A stretch of 61,857 nucleotides of DNA from Actinomycetes bacterium (GTDB lineage Bacteria; Actinomycetota; Acidimicrobiia; Acidimicrobiales; JAKAVM01). Location of the stretch: NCBI GenBank assembly GCA_021827485.1, contig JAKAVM010000067.1:1-61857 (forward strand), written 5' to 3'. Under the pieces are notes generated by a model that was given only the letters and a program-made list of their open reading frames with translations, was not told where the DNA came from and searched no databases. Positions 11,115-18,764 of the stretch are shown in pieces (position 1 is the first letter of the stretch; every line of letters begins with the position of its first letter). Made by a program: the position numbers and the translations under genes.

Positions 11115-11160
11115 TGATCCACATATTTATCAACAACTGTTGAAAACTAAGTGGAACACA
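11115..11160. promoter_or_regulatory. DnaA boxes in the dnaA leader/promoter
   Basis: TGATCCACA (11115-11123), TTATCAACA (11127-11135) and a weaker inverted AGTGGAACA (11150-11158). Each of the first two has one mismatch to TTATCCACA. Confidence 0.55.
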
Positions 11161-11555
11161 TTACACTTACACACCTTGAGGTCCTAGAAATCGCTTGTGT
11201 CAGCGAATTGGGAAAGTGAGCAGACCTTTCTCTACTTCGTTTCAAGTAGAGAGCCGCGAACGTACCACTAATGAGCGCAGCGTGCTTAAAACGCTAAAAT
11301 AGCAGGTAGAAGGGGTCGCGAAAAGATACGAAACTTTGCAAAGTCAACCAACTTTTTTCAGTTTCGTCTTAAATTTCGTTATGGAATCTATAAAATGCCA
11401 CAAAAAAGTTCCTAGGTGGTGGATACCAAAGAAAATAATCTATTATTGACCTCAAAATAGACGAATCTTGATTGCAGGTAATTGATGCCACTAACTACTT
11501 TGGCGAGACTTGATCAAGCGATCCTAAATTTCCATTCGAAAGAGGTCAGAAATAT

Positions 11556-11690
11556 ATGAAAAGGACGTTTCAACCCAACGTTCGCAAGCGAGCCAAGAAG
11601 CACGGTTTTCGCCATAGGATGTCGACTAGGCAGGGAAGAGCCGTTATTAAAGCAAGGCGGCTAAAAGGTCGCGTGAAACTGTCTGCGTAA
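11556..11690 (+). CDS. rpmH: 50S ribosomal protein L34
   Basis: Below the ORF-track size cutoff. ATG at 11556 to TAA at 11688-11690 translates to [44 protein letters not shown] (44 aa). It lies immediately upstream of rnpA. Confidence 0.95.
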   Translation: MKRTFQPNVRKRAKKHGFRHRMSTRQGRAVIKARRLKGRVKLSA

Positions 11691-12059
11691 GTGACTCAAA
11701 TAACGGGAAATGTTGATAAAAAAGTTTTCCATCAGCTAAGAACCCCAGATGTTAGAAAACGATTTGGTGGGCTAATTATATCGAGAGTAGACAAAGTTGA
11801 TTTTGAGTTTGCTAAGTTCGCATTTTCAATTTCAAGCAAAGTAGCTAAAGCGGTTCGCCGCAACAAACTTCGTCGTCAGTTGAAGGCCATACTAAGCCAG
11901 CCTGAAATAGTTTTTCCAACCGCAGCTTACCTCATTATTGCTCGTAAGCAAGCGTTCGAGGAGTCATTTCTTGAACTCCAACACGACCTTGCAACTGCGG
12001 CGTCATATTTTATGAATCGAGACAAACACAATAACGACAAGCAAAGTCTGATCTATTGA
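11691..12059 (+). CDS. rnpA: Ribonuclease P protein component
   Basis: 122 aa. RNR-type motif KAVRRNKLRRQLK, and a GTG start directly after the rpmH stop. Confidence 0.88.
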   Translation: MTQITGNVDKKVFHQLRTPDVRKRFGGLIISRVDKVDFEFAKFAFSISSKVAKAVRRNKLRRQLKAILSQPEIVFPTAAYLIIARKQAFEESFLELQHDLATAASYFMNRDKHNNDKQSLIY

Positions 12060-12137
12060 AAGTTATGCCTACAGAAATTGTGTGAGGATCTAATTCAGGT
12101 TGTACCAAGATAACCAAGTTATAAGAAGAGAATCGTA

Positions 12138-12398
12138 ATGAAATTTATCGTAATCCGAGCTATATATGTATATCAATACCTATTTCGTTGGCGAATTTCC
12201 CCCTGCAGATATATTCCCTCTTGCTCGCAGTACGCTATTGAAGCAGTTGAGGTCCATGGAGTTATTAAGGGGCTAGCTTATTCGGTTATTCGTATCGCAA
12301 GATGCAATCCATGGGGTGGACACGGGTTAGACCTAGTGCCGCAGCCCCGGGGTGATCTAATGGAACCTCAAGGCCGTTTGAATAGAGGCACAAATTGA
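12138..12398 (+). CDS. yidD: Membrane protein insertion efficiency factor YidD
   Basis: 86 aa. Motif [19 protein letters not shown] ... [14 protein letters not shown]. It overlaps the yidC start by 4 nt. Confidence 0.9.
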   Translation: MKFIVIRAIYVYQYLFRWRISPCRYIPSCSQYAIEAVEVHGVIKGLAYSVIRIARCNPWGGHGLDLVPQPRGDLMEPQGRLNRGTN

Positions 12399-13555
12399 GC
12401 TTTCTAACTTCTGTAGCTCATCCGCTGCTTTCAATACTTGCCGATTTAGTTGCCTTTTTTTACTCGGTTACATCTAGCTATGCAATCGCGATTGCTTTTT
12501 TGACGATCCTGGTCTATTTACTGCTGACGCCTTTGCTGGTCAAGCAAACCCGCTCCATGATTGAGATGCAAAGAGTTCAACCAGAAGTAAATAAAATTCG
12601 TCAAAAGTATAAAGGCAAAGACATGGAGAGTCGCCAAGCCCTACAACAAGAAATGATGGCGGTATACAAACAGCACGGAGTAAATCCAATGGGTGGTTGT
12701 TTACCCGCATTGCTTCAGTTCCCCGTTCTAATCGTTATGTACGCCGTTATACGGGGACTTCTAAATAGGCTCTCCAAGAATGGGAAACCAGTATTGGTTA
12801 ACGGCTTTCCGGTAGCCCGGCCTGAATATATTGCACATACAAGCGCGCTTTACAAGAATCTTGTGCTTGCCCACGGCAAGATGATGTCTTTTGGAGTAGA
12901 TCTATCGCAAGCCGCAGGTGGACATCACAGCTCTTTTATCAACGCTCTTCCCTACTATCTCTTGGTCATAGTCGCAGCGGGACTGTCGCTCGGACAGATT
13001 CAACAAATGACAATTAGAAATCGTAAAATCATGACTCAGACCCCGCAGATGCTTCAGATGCAAAGAATGCAAATGATCACCCCTCTGATCATGACGGTTA
13101 TTTATTGGCGATTACCGGTGGCGTTAAGTGTTTACTTTATTGCATCTAGTCTGTTTCGAATTTTTCAGCAGGAGATGATGTATAGGTTTGATCCGGTACT
13201 TGCAGCTCACGTAAAGAGTTCTATTGCTGCTAAACGGACAGGTCTGAAGAACGAATCCGATAAGGCTCAAGGACGTGAATTTGGCAGTAAGGCTAGTGGT
13301 ACCAGGCTAAATAAAAATGGATCCAAACCTTCAAAGCCACAATCAGATGGAGCAAAATCCATTTCAGACGCTATTGGGGAGTCAATTCCTGAGAAAATAA
13401 AGGATAGCAGCGCCGTCAAACCAAACATACGTTCGCTATTTCAACGGCCACCAAAATTCCAGAATGGAAGCACAGATAATATGGAACCCGAGAGTGACAA
13501 TGGTCCTAGACCACATCCTAGGTCCAAATCGAAAAGACCGAGAAAGGATAGATAA
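12395..13555 (+). CDS. yidC: Membrane protein insertase YidC
   Basis: 386 aa. Short actinobacterial-type YidC with [22 protein letters not shown], multiple TM segments and a basic C-terminal tail. Confidence 0.92.
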   Translation: MSFLTSVAHPLLSILADLVAFFYSVTSSYAIAIAFLTILVYLLLTPLLVKQTRSMIEMQRVQPEVNKIRQKYKGKDMESRQALQQEMMAVYKQHGVNPMGGCLPALLQFPVLIVMYAVIRGLLNRLSKNGKPVLVNGFPVARPEYIAHTSALYKNLVLAHGKMMSFGVDLSQAAGGHHSSFINALPYYLLVIVAAGLSLGQIQQMTIRNRKIMTQTPQMLQMQRMQMITPLIMTVIYWRLPVALSVYFIASSLFRIFQQEMMYRFDPVLAAHVKSSIAAKRTGLKNESDKAQGREFGSKASGTRLNKNGSKPSKPQSDGAKSISDAIGESIPEKIKDSSAVKPNIRSLFQRPPKFQNGSTDNMEPESDNGPRPHPRSKSKRPRKDR

Positions 13556-13556
13556 A

Positions 13557-14549
13557 ATGCAATGGATAGAAACCACTGGCAAGACAGTCCAAGAGGCAAT
13601 AGAGTCTGCTCTCTTCCAGCTAGGCATTACTCGTTCTGAATTAGAGTATGATGTCATAACCGAAGCAAAACGAGGAGTATTAGGGCTGGGAAAAACGGAG
13701 GCACGAATTAGGGCTCGCGTTAAGCCTGCAACCTTTTCAGGAAAAGATGAGAAATCAAAAACTTCACGACAGCGCAGCTCTAAAGGACAACGCGGGTCAG
13801 CCTCAACTTCGACTGCTAAGACACCTTTAACGTCACCTAAAGGCCAAGGTTCAAAAGCTAAAGCAGCTCCTTCCCAGCGTAAAGACGCGAGCAAGGAAAG
13901 CATATCTTCTCAGAAAGGTGTCGAAACACCGCCAAAGGCAGATGCAAGCAAAGCCGGATCTCGCAAAACTTCGAATAGTAGAAAGGAAAGTAAAGGCGTG
14001 AACGATTCTTCGGACCAAAATGACCGAAATTCCCAAAGCGACTCCAGGTCAACACCAAAGGAGGAAGGAGTTTCTGTCCCAATTCAAGAGCAAAGCACGT
14101 ACGCACAAGACTTTTTGGATGGTCTTTTGCGGGCGATGGAGATATCGGCGGATGTACGTCAGAATATTAATGAGGCGGATGAGATAGCTAACCTTTCAGT
14201 TGAGGGTTCGGGTTTGGGAATTCTTATCGGTCAGAAGGCCTCTACTCTTTCAGCAATCCAGGACTTGACGAGGACGGCAGTAAGTCGAAAAACTGGCGCT
14301 ACAAATGGGAGGATCCTTCTCGATATTGGGGGCTACAAGGCGAAAAGGAAGGTGGCACTAGAAGAGTTTGCAAAGAAAGTTGCACAAGAGGTCCTAGATA
14401 ACCAGCAGGAGAGGACCTTAGAGCCAATGAACTCTTCAGATCGTAAGGTTATTCATGATACGATTGGTGCTCTTGAGGGGGTTGCCACAAAATCTGTTGG
14501 AGATGAACCACGAAGACGAGTAGTAGTTTTCCTCGAAAAGGCTGAATAG
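13557..14549 (+). CDS. jag: Jag/KhpB-type RNA-binding protein (Jag_N, KH and R3H domains)
   Basis: I prefer the start at the ATG of MQWIETTGKTVQEAIESAL (13557), one nt after the yidC stop. A Ser/Lys-rich linker is followed by C-terminal KH/R3H (LEPMNSSDRKVIHDTI). Confidence 0.88.
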   Translation: MQWIETTGKTVQEAIESALFQLGITRSELEYDVITEAKRGVLGLGKTEARIRARVKPATFSGKDEKSKTSRQRSSKGQRGSASTSTAKTPLTSPKGQGSKAKAAPSQRKDASKESISSQKGVETPPKADASKAGSRKTSNSRKESKGVNDSSDQNDRNSQSDSRSTPKEEGVSVPIQEQSTYAQDFLDGLLRAMEISADVRQNINEADEIANLSVEGSGLGILIGQKASTLSAIQDLTRTAVSRKTGATNGRILLDIGGYKAKRKVALEEFAKKVAQEVLDNQQERTLEPMNSSDRKVIHDTIGALEGVATKSVGDEPRRRVVVFLEKAE

Positions 14550-14618
14550 GTTCATACCAGGAGAATCTGGTCTAAATATGATCGCTGGTTGCGTGGTCTG
14601 GCCTACAAGTAATCTCGA

Positions 14619-15341
14619 GTGCTTTATACTCTAACCCTAGAGCGAGTCAATAGACTAAGTAGTCTTCTGAGCAAAGCTCGTGACCTCGGATTTCTGGGAC
14701 CAGAGTGGGTAAGTAAGCAAATAGGTCACTCTTTCGGATTTTGTAAAGAGATAACTCAGCTACTAGCTGACACTAAGACCCCTATCACCCCTGGTCGCGG
14801 CGTGCACACCCCTGTCGGCGTGCACTGGGTTGCAGAAGATGGCACCCAGATAAGTCTGGGCGACTTAGGTAGTGGAGGCGGAGTTCCCGGTCTTGTTATT
14901 GCTCTGAGATACCAAACTTTGAGTGTTTCTTTGATTGAATCAAACCAGCGTAGAGCACATTTCCTCGAAGAATCCATAGATTTGTTGGAACTTGAGAACT
15001 GTAGTGTGCTATGTACTCGTGCTGAGGAGATTGGAAGTGACCCCTTATATCGAGGTGAATTCGATTTCATCACCGCAAGATCCTTTGGACGTCCGGGGGT
15101 TCTATCTGAGTGTGCTGCTCCTTTGCTCAAGCTTGGGGGATATTCGATTGTTTCTGAGCCACCAGGTTCGAATTGGGCTGAGCGCTGGCCAGATAGTGGG
15201 ATTAAACAGTTCGGGATGGCCTACATTGAACGGCCTAAATCACTTAGCAGGTTCAATTTTGCTGTTTTGAAGCAGGTAAGTGAGTGTCCAAGTAGGTTTC
15301 CAAGACGAGTTGGGGTTCCCGCGAAGCGACCTATTTTCTGA
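14619..15341 (+). CDS. rsmG: 16S rRNA (guanine527-N7)-methyltransferase RsmG/GidB
   Basis: 240 aa. SAM-binding DLGSGGGVPGLVIAL, and FITARSF. Position between jag and parA. It contains an in-frame GC-rich element (see repeat 14778-14833). Confidence 0.9.
   Translation: MLYTLTLERVNRLSSLLSKARDLGFLGPEWVSKQIGHSFGFCKEITQLLADTKTPITPGRGVHTPVGVHWVAEDGTQISLGDLGSGGGVPGLVIALRYQTLSVSLIESNQRRAHFLEESIDLLELENCSVLCTRAEEIGSDPLYRGEFDFITARSFGRPGVLSECAAPLLKLGGYSIVSEPPGSNWAERWPDSGIKQFGMAYIERPKSLSRFNFAVLKQVSECPSRFPRRVGVPAKRPIF
14778..14833 (+). repeat. GC-rich element, copy A (inside the rsmG CDS, in frame)
   Basis: gaCCCCTATCACCCCTGGTCGCGGCGTGCACACCCCTGTCGGCGTGCACTGGGTTGC aligns along its length with copy B (15348-15405) and copy D (30579-30632). 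It encodes ...TPITPGRGVHTPVGVHWVA. Confidence 0.85.
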
Positions 15342-15347
15342 TACGAG

Positions 15348-15405
15348 GATCCCTATCATCCCTGGTCACGGCGTGCCCACCCCCTGTCGGCGGGCGGTGG
15401 GTTGC
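15348..15405 (+). repeat. GC-rich element, copy B (7 nt downstream of the rsmG stop)
   Basis: gaTCCCTATCATCCCTGGTCACGGCGTGCCCACCCCCTGTCGGCGGGCGGTGGGTTGC. It has a central GC hairpin (CCCACC 15376-15381 with GGTGGG 15396-15401). Confidence 0.85.
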
Positions 15406-15418
15406 TTAAAGTCGATGC

Positions 15419-15434
15419 TGTTGCACGTGAAACA
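15419..15434. promoter_or_regulatory. parS centromere-like site 1
   Basis: TGTTGCACGTGAAACA, one mismatch to the palindromic consensus TGTTTCACGTGAAACA. Confidence 0.8.
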
Positions 15435-15584
15435 TTAAAGCCTAATACCAAAGAGTATATTATCTCCTTGCCTGCATACAAAATACCTTATGCATCGTGA
15501 TATAGTCTCTGTGGCGACTGAGTTATTCAGTCTCTTACTGCAAAGAGCCTAAAAAGGTTAGAGATTCACAAAGGTGTGTGCAAT

Positions 15585-15980
15585 ATGGTAGTAGGGAATC
15601 TTTCCGTTATTTCAATTCCTGTTCGAGACCAGGATGTTTCAAAGAAATTCTACATAGATAAGATGGGATTCGAAGAGGTTGGGGATACCTCGCTTGGTGA
15701 TGGCACTAGGTGGATAATGTTAAGACCTATAGGAAGTAATACGGCGATAGCCCTGGTTACATGGTTTAAGAGCATGAAACCAGGAAGCTTGCGTGGTTTG
15801 GTACTATCAGTTGCAAGTCTGAAGGAAACCATGCGGGAATTGAAAGCAAGTGGTTTTAAGCTCGATGGGGATGCAGTTCAAAAGGCCCCTTGGGGTCACT
15901 GGATAAGCGTAGATGACCCTGACGGAAATGGCTGGATAATCCAGCAAGATCTTCTTATGGAGAAAGATCCTGAATCATAA
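15585..15980 (+). CDS. VOC/glyoxalase-bleomycin-resistance family protein
   Basis: About 131 aa. ISIPVRDQDVSKKFYIDKMGFEEV ... DPDGNGWII is the typical paired beta-alpha-beta-beta-beta VOC pattern. The ATG at 15585 has AAAGG 10 nt upstream; the track ORF starts at GTG 15576. Confidence 0.75.
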   Translation: MVVGNLSVISIPVRDQDVSKKFYIDKMGFEEVGDTSLGDGTRWIMLRPIGSNTAIALVTWFKSMKPGSLRGLVLSVASLKETMRELKASGFKLDGDAVQKAPWGHWISVDDPDGNGWIIQQDLLMEKDPES

Positions 15981-16510
15981 ATAACCGAAATCGAGCTGCA
16001 ATCCAATAGTAAAGGAATCCCATGACTTTGGTCGTTTGGAGGAGGTAAATAGCGGGGAATGCAGTTAACCGGAACTTGCCCGGAAACAGGCTGCTCAAAG
16101 ACGGGCCTTCTCACCATTGACCTGCCTCACTAGGTTTGTGTGTCGAGCCCAGGGTGGTTCAATAAGTAGATTTCTATTTTCCCACCTATCGGCCGTCTTT
16201 TCCGCTTATCGGCTATGCCGACAGTCGCCCGATGAGCCACTCTAACCCAGCACACGCTACCGCTTGAAAGAATGTAGCAGAAGTCGAGCCGCAAGCCGAG
16301 TGACTCAAAGTCGTGGGTCAAGGCTAGCTTGCCGATGTCGTACCCAGTCGTATTGTAAACTCAACGTCAAGAGACTAGCAGTCCCCCAGCGTCTCTTGAT
16401 AACGGGCCCTAAGTGGATGATCCGATATTTGAACACTAGATAACCGTGGAGCATTACTTTAGAGTTTTTAGAGTTTAGATATCTAGTTAGAAGACTGGTA
16501 TTTAGGTCAC

Positions 16511-16544
16511 GCCTAGGCCGTCCTCGTTGACGGGCGGAGGTTGC
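16511..16544 (+). repeat. GC-rich element, short copy C
   Basis: gcctaGGCCGTCctcgttGACGGGCGGAGGTTGC. It has a hairpin (CCGTC 16518-16522 with GACGG 16529-16533) and a 3' end GGGCGGAGGTTGC like copies B and F. Confidence 0.6.
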
Positions 16545-16686
16545 AGATAAGTTCTAACAGATGCCTAGACGCATACTTATTGTCGGACCTAGAGGTATTG
16601 CTCGTGAAAAGCGGGCGGCTTGCTGGAATTAGTCGATCAAATAAGATAGTTGGTAGTTGGCACACGAGGCAGCAAGCCTGTGGTAG

Positions 16687-16702
16687 AGTTTCACGTGGAA
16701 CA
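16687..16702. promoter_or_regulatory. parS centromere-like site 2
   Basis: AGTTTCACGTGGAACA, two mismatches to TGTTTCACGTGAAACA, 165 nt upstream of parA. Confidence 0.65.
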
Positions 16703-16866
16703 CCGATGGAATGCTATAATATTGGTAAGATATGGCAATTTGCATTACTTGGCTGAAAGTTGTTGAATAGTAAGCTGCCTGAAAGCGAGTATTGGTTCTA
16801 CCAAAATGATATTCAAGCGTAGTCTGTAAAAGAGATCGTAAGAGAAATGAGCGAAGAAAAGCCTAG

Positions 16867-17640
16867 ATGACGGAGCAGCGAGTAATAGCAATAGCAAATC
16901 AGAAGGGTGGAGTAGGTAAGACTACAACTTCTGTAAATCTGGGAGCTTCAATCGCAGAGCGGTCTTTTAGGGTGGTAGTAGTTGATCTCGATCCACAAGG
17001 TAATGCTTCAACTGGATTAGGTATTGACTATCACAACCTAGATACTTCGATCTATGAAGTTTTAGTTCATGATGCTCCGATAGAAGACTGTATCGAGCCT
17101 ACCAGCTATCGGAATTTATTTGTAGTCCCCTCTAAGCTGGAGTTAGCTGGCGCAGATGTTGAGTTAGTCACTGCATTCAATCGAGAACGGAAGTTGCAGA
17201 GGGCCCTTGAATCCATCAAAGAGGACTTTGATTTTATTTTGATTGACTGCCCGCCATCACTCGGGCTAATTACGGTAAATGCACTTACAGCTGCTTCAGA
17301 GGTAGTCGTCCCTATCCAGTGTGAGTTCTATGCCCTTGAAGGCCTCGGCCAGCTTATGAGAAATGTAAAGCTTGTTAAGGATAATCTAAACCCAGTTCTT
17401 GAAGTGACTTCCATCGTCCTTACTATGTTCGATCCACGAACAAAGCTTTCCCAAGACGTTGTAGCGCAGGTTAGGGAGCATTTCGGGGATCTGGTTTGTC
17501 AAACCGTTATACCGAGGACAGTGAAGCTTTCAGAAGCGCCGTCTTTCGGCCAATCGATACTAACATTCGATCCCACCTCAAGAGGTGCGGTAGCATATAG
17601 AGAACTTGCTGAGGAGGTAATTAATGTCAACAAGACGTAG
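16867..17640 (+). CDS. parA: Chromosome partitioning ATPase ParA/Soj
   Basis: 257 aa. Deviant Walker A NQKGGVGKTTTSVNL, and DCPPSLG. Confidence 0.95.
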   Translation: MTEQRVIAIANQKGGVGKTTTSVNLGASIAERSFRVVVVDLDPQGNASTGLGIDYHNLDTSIYEVLVHDAPIEDCIEPTSYRNLFVVPSKLELAGADVELVTAFNRERKLQRALESIKEDFDFILIDCPPSLGLITVNALTAASEVVVPIQCEFYALEGLGQLMRNVKLVKDNLNPVLEVTSIVLTMFDPRTKLSQDVVAQVREHFGDLVCQTVIPRTVKLSEAPSFGQSILTFDPTSRGAVAYRELAEEVINVNKT

Positions 17641-18541
17641 TGGACTAGGAAAAGGACTTGGAGCTTTACTGCCAAGTGAGGTAGTAGCAGATGTTGGATC
17701 ACAGCTGCTGCAAATACCGTTATCGCAGATTGTGCCAAATCCACTTCAGCCGCGAGCACACTTCGATGAAGAGGCTCTGACATCTCTCACGGCTTCGATA
17801 AAAGAGCTCGGAGTGCTGCAGCCGATTCTTGTTCGAGGCGTATCAGATAGTGAATATGAGCTCATCGCCGGAGAAAGACGATGGCGCGCAGCCAAGCGAG
17901 CAGGCTTGCCTACGATACCAGCAATTGTTCAGTCCGCTGATGATGCCACAAGCCTGGAAAAGGCTCTTGTTGAGAACTTGCATAGGGAGGACCTGAATGC
18001 TTTGGAGGAAGCGGCAGCCTATCAACAGCTCATAGAAGACTTTGAGTTGACCCATGACCAAGTAGCTCAGAGAGTTGGGAAAAGCAGGACAGCCGTTACC
18101 AACTCCCTCCGTCTTTTTCAGCTTCCACCTTCAGTGCAAAAGCTCGTGTCAATCGGTAAAATATCAGCTGGCCATGCACGAGCATTACTTGGGACTCCCA
18201 ACCGGGCTTTTCAGGAAGAGCTTGCGGGAAGGATTGTAGAGGAGGGACTTTCGGTTCGAGCGGTAGAAGAAGCGGTACGGTCCCGTGAAGGGGGGCAGCA
18301 AACCTCCGAGGACTCTCCAAAACCGAGTTCGACTAAAGGCCAAAGTTTTCCAAATGAGGAACTCGGTAACCGCATGAGGCCACCTGGCTTACTTGAGCTA
18401 GAGGAGCTCTTGGCTCAACGTTTAAATACGCGGGTCAAAGTTGAAATGGCATCCCGAAAGGGTCGAGTGATGTTGGACTTTGCTGACATTGAAGATCTTG
18501 AACGTATCTATCGAGTCATATCTGGATCTTCAGAAGTCTAA
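17624..18541 (+). CDS. parB: Chromosome partitioning protein ParB/Spo0J
   Basis: 305 aa. ParB box GERRWRAAKRAGL, HTH LTHDQVAQRVGKSRTAVTNSLRL, and a 17-nt overlap with parA. Confidence 0.95.
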   Translation: MSTRRSGLGKGLGALLPSEVVADVGSQLLQIPLSQIVPNPLQPRAHFDEEALTSLTASIKELGVLQPILVRGVSDSEYELIAGERRWRAAKRAGLPTIPAIVQSADDATSLEKALVENLHREDLNALEEAAAYQQLIEDFELTHDQVAQRVGKSRTAVTNSLRLFQLPPSVQKLVSIGKISAGHARALLGTPNRAFQEELAGRIVEEGLSVRAVEEAVRSREGGQQTSEDSPKPSSTKGQSFPNEELGNRMRPPGLLELEELLAQRLNTRVKVEMASRKGRVMLDFADIEDLERIYRVISGSSEV

Positions 18542-18556
18542 ATCAAGCCGCGACTC

Positions 18557-18587
18557 AACTATAAACGTCAAGTATACGTTTATAGTT
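18557..18587. terminator. Perfect 11-bp stem hairpin between convergent parB and the cwlM-like gene
   Basis: AACTATAAACG (18557-18567), loop tcaagtata, CGTTTATAGTT (18577-18587). It is AT-rich with no clear U-tract, so terminator function is inferred only from position. Confidence 0.4.
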
Positions 18588-18617
18588 AAAACGCCATTCT
18601 AACTTATTTGTATAGGT

Positions 18618-18685
18618 TGATCCACAGCTGTTGAAAAGTATGTGGATATCACTTTATCAACATAAAAGATCCAAGTGGTGGATAT
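18618..18685. promoter_or_regulatory. Cluster of four DnaA boxes downstream of parB
   Basis: TGATCCACA (18618-18626), TGTGGATAT (18641-18649), TTATCAACA (18654-18662) and GGTGGATAT (18677-18685). Each has one or two mismatches to TTATCCACA or its complement TGTGGATAA. Confidence 0.65.
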
Positions 18686-18764
18686 ATCACTAGAAAAACG
18701 AGGCTTGGGCGGGAAGCCCCTGGGATATATCCGGGCGGAGATTTCAAAGATTGTGTAGTTAGTC

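Noticed and set aside
13436-14106. Minus-strand ORFs of 155, 61 and 82 aa antisense to yidC and jag
   Set aside because: They overlap well-supported plus-strand genes. The Lys/Ser-rich, purine-biased jag linker generates stop-poor antisense frames.
16320-16334. Exact 15-mer aaggctagcttgccg, also present at 59744-59758
   Set aside because: For a 62-kb window searched on both strands, a few exact 15-mer coincidences are expected by chance, and the flanks do not align.
16050-16400. Possible RNase P RNA, tmRNA or SRP RNA in the ORF-poor region (strings such as gacagtcgcc, gagcagcc, caaagtcgtggg)
   Set aside because: The universal signatures are absent on both strands. These are GAGGAAAGTCCGGGC and ACAGAACCCGGCTTA for RNase P, GGGGCTGA...TTCGAC with a tRNA-like 3' end for tmRNA, and GGTCCGGAAGGAAGCAGCC for SRP. 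The region is kept only as an unassigned structured region.
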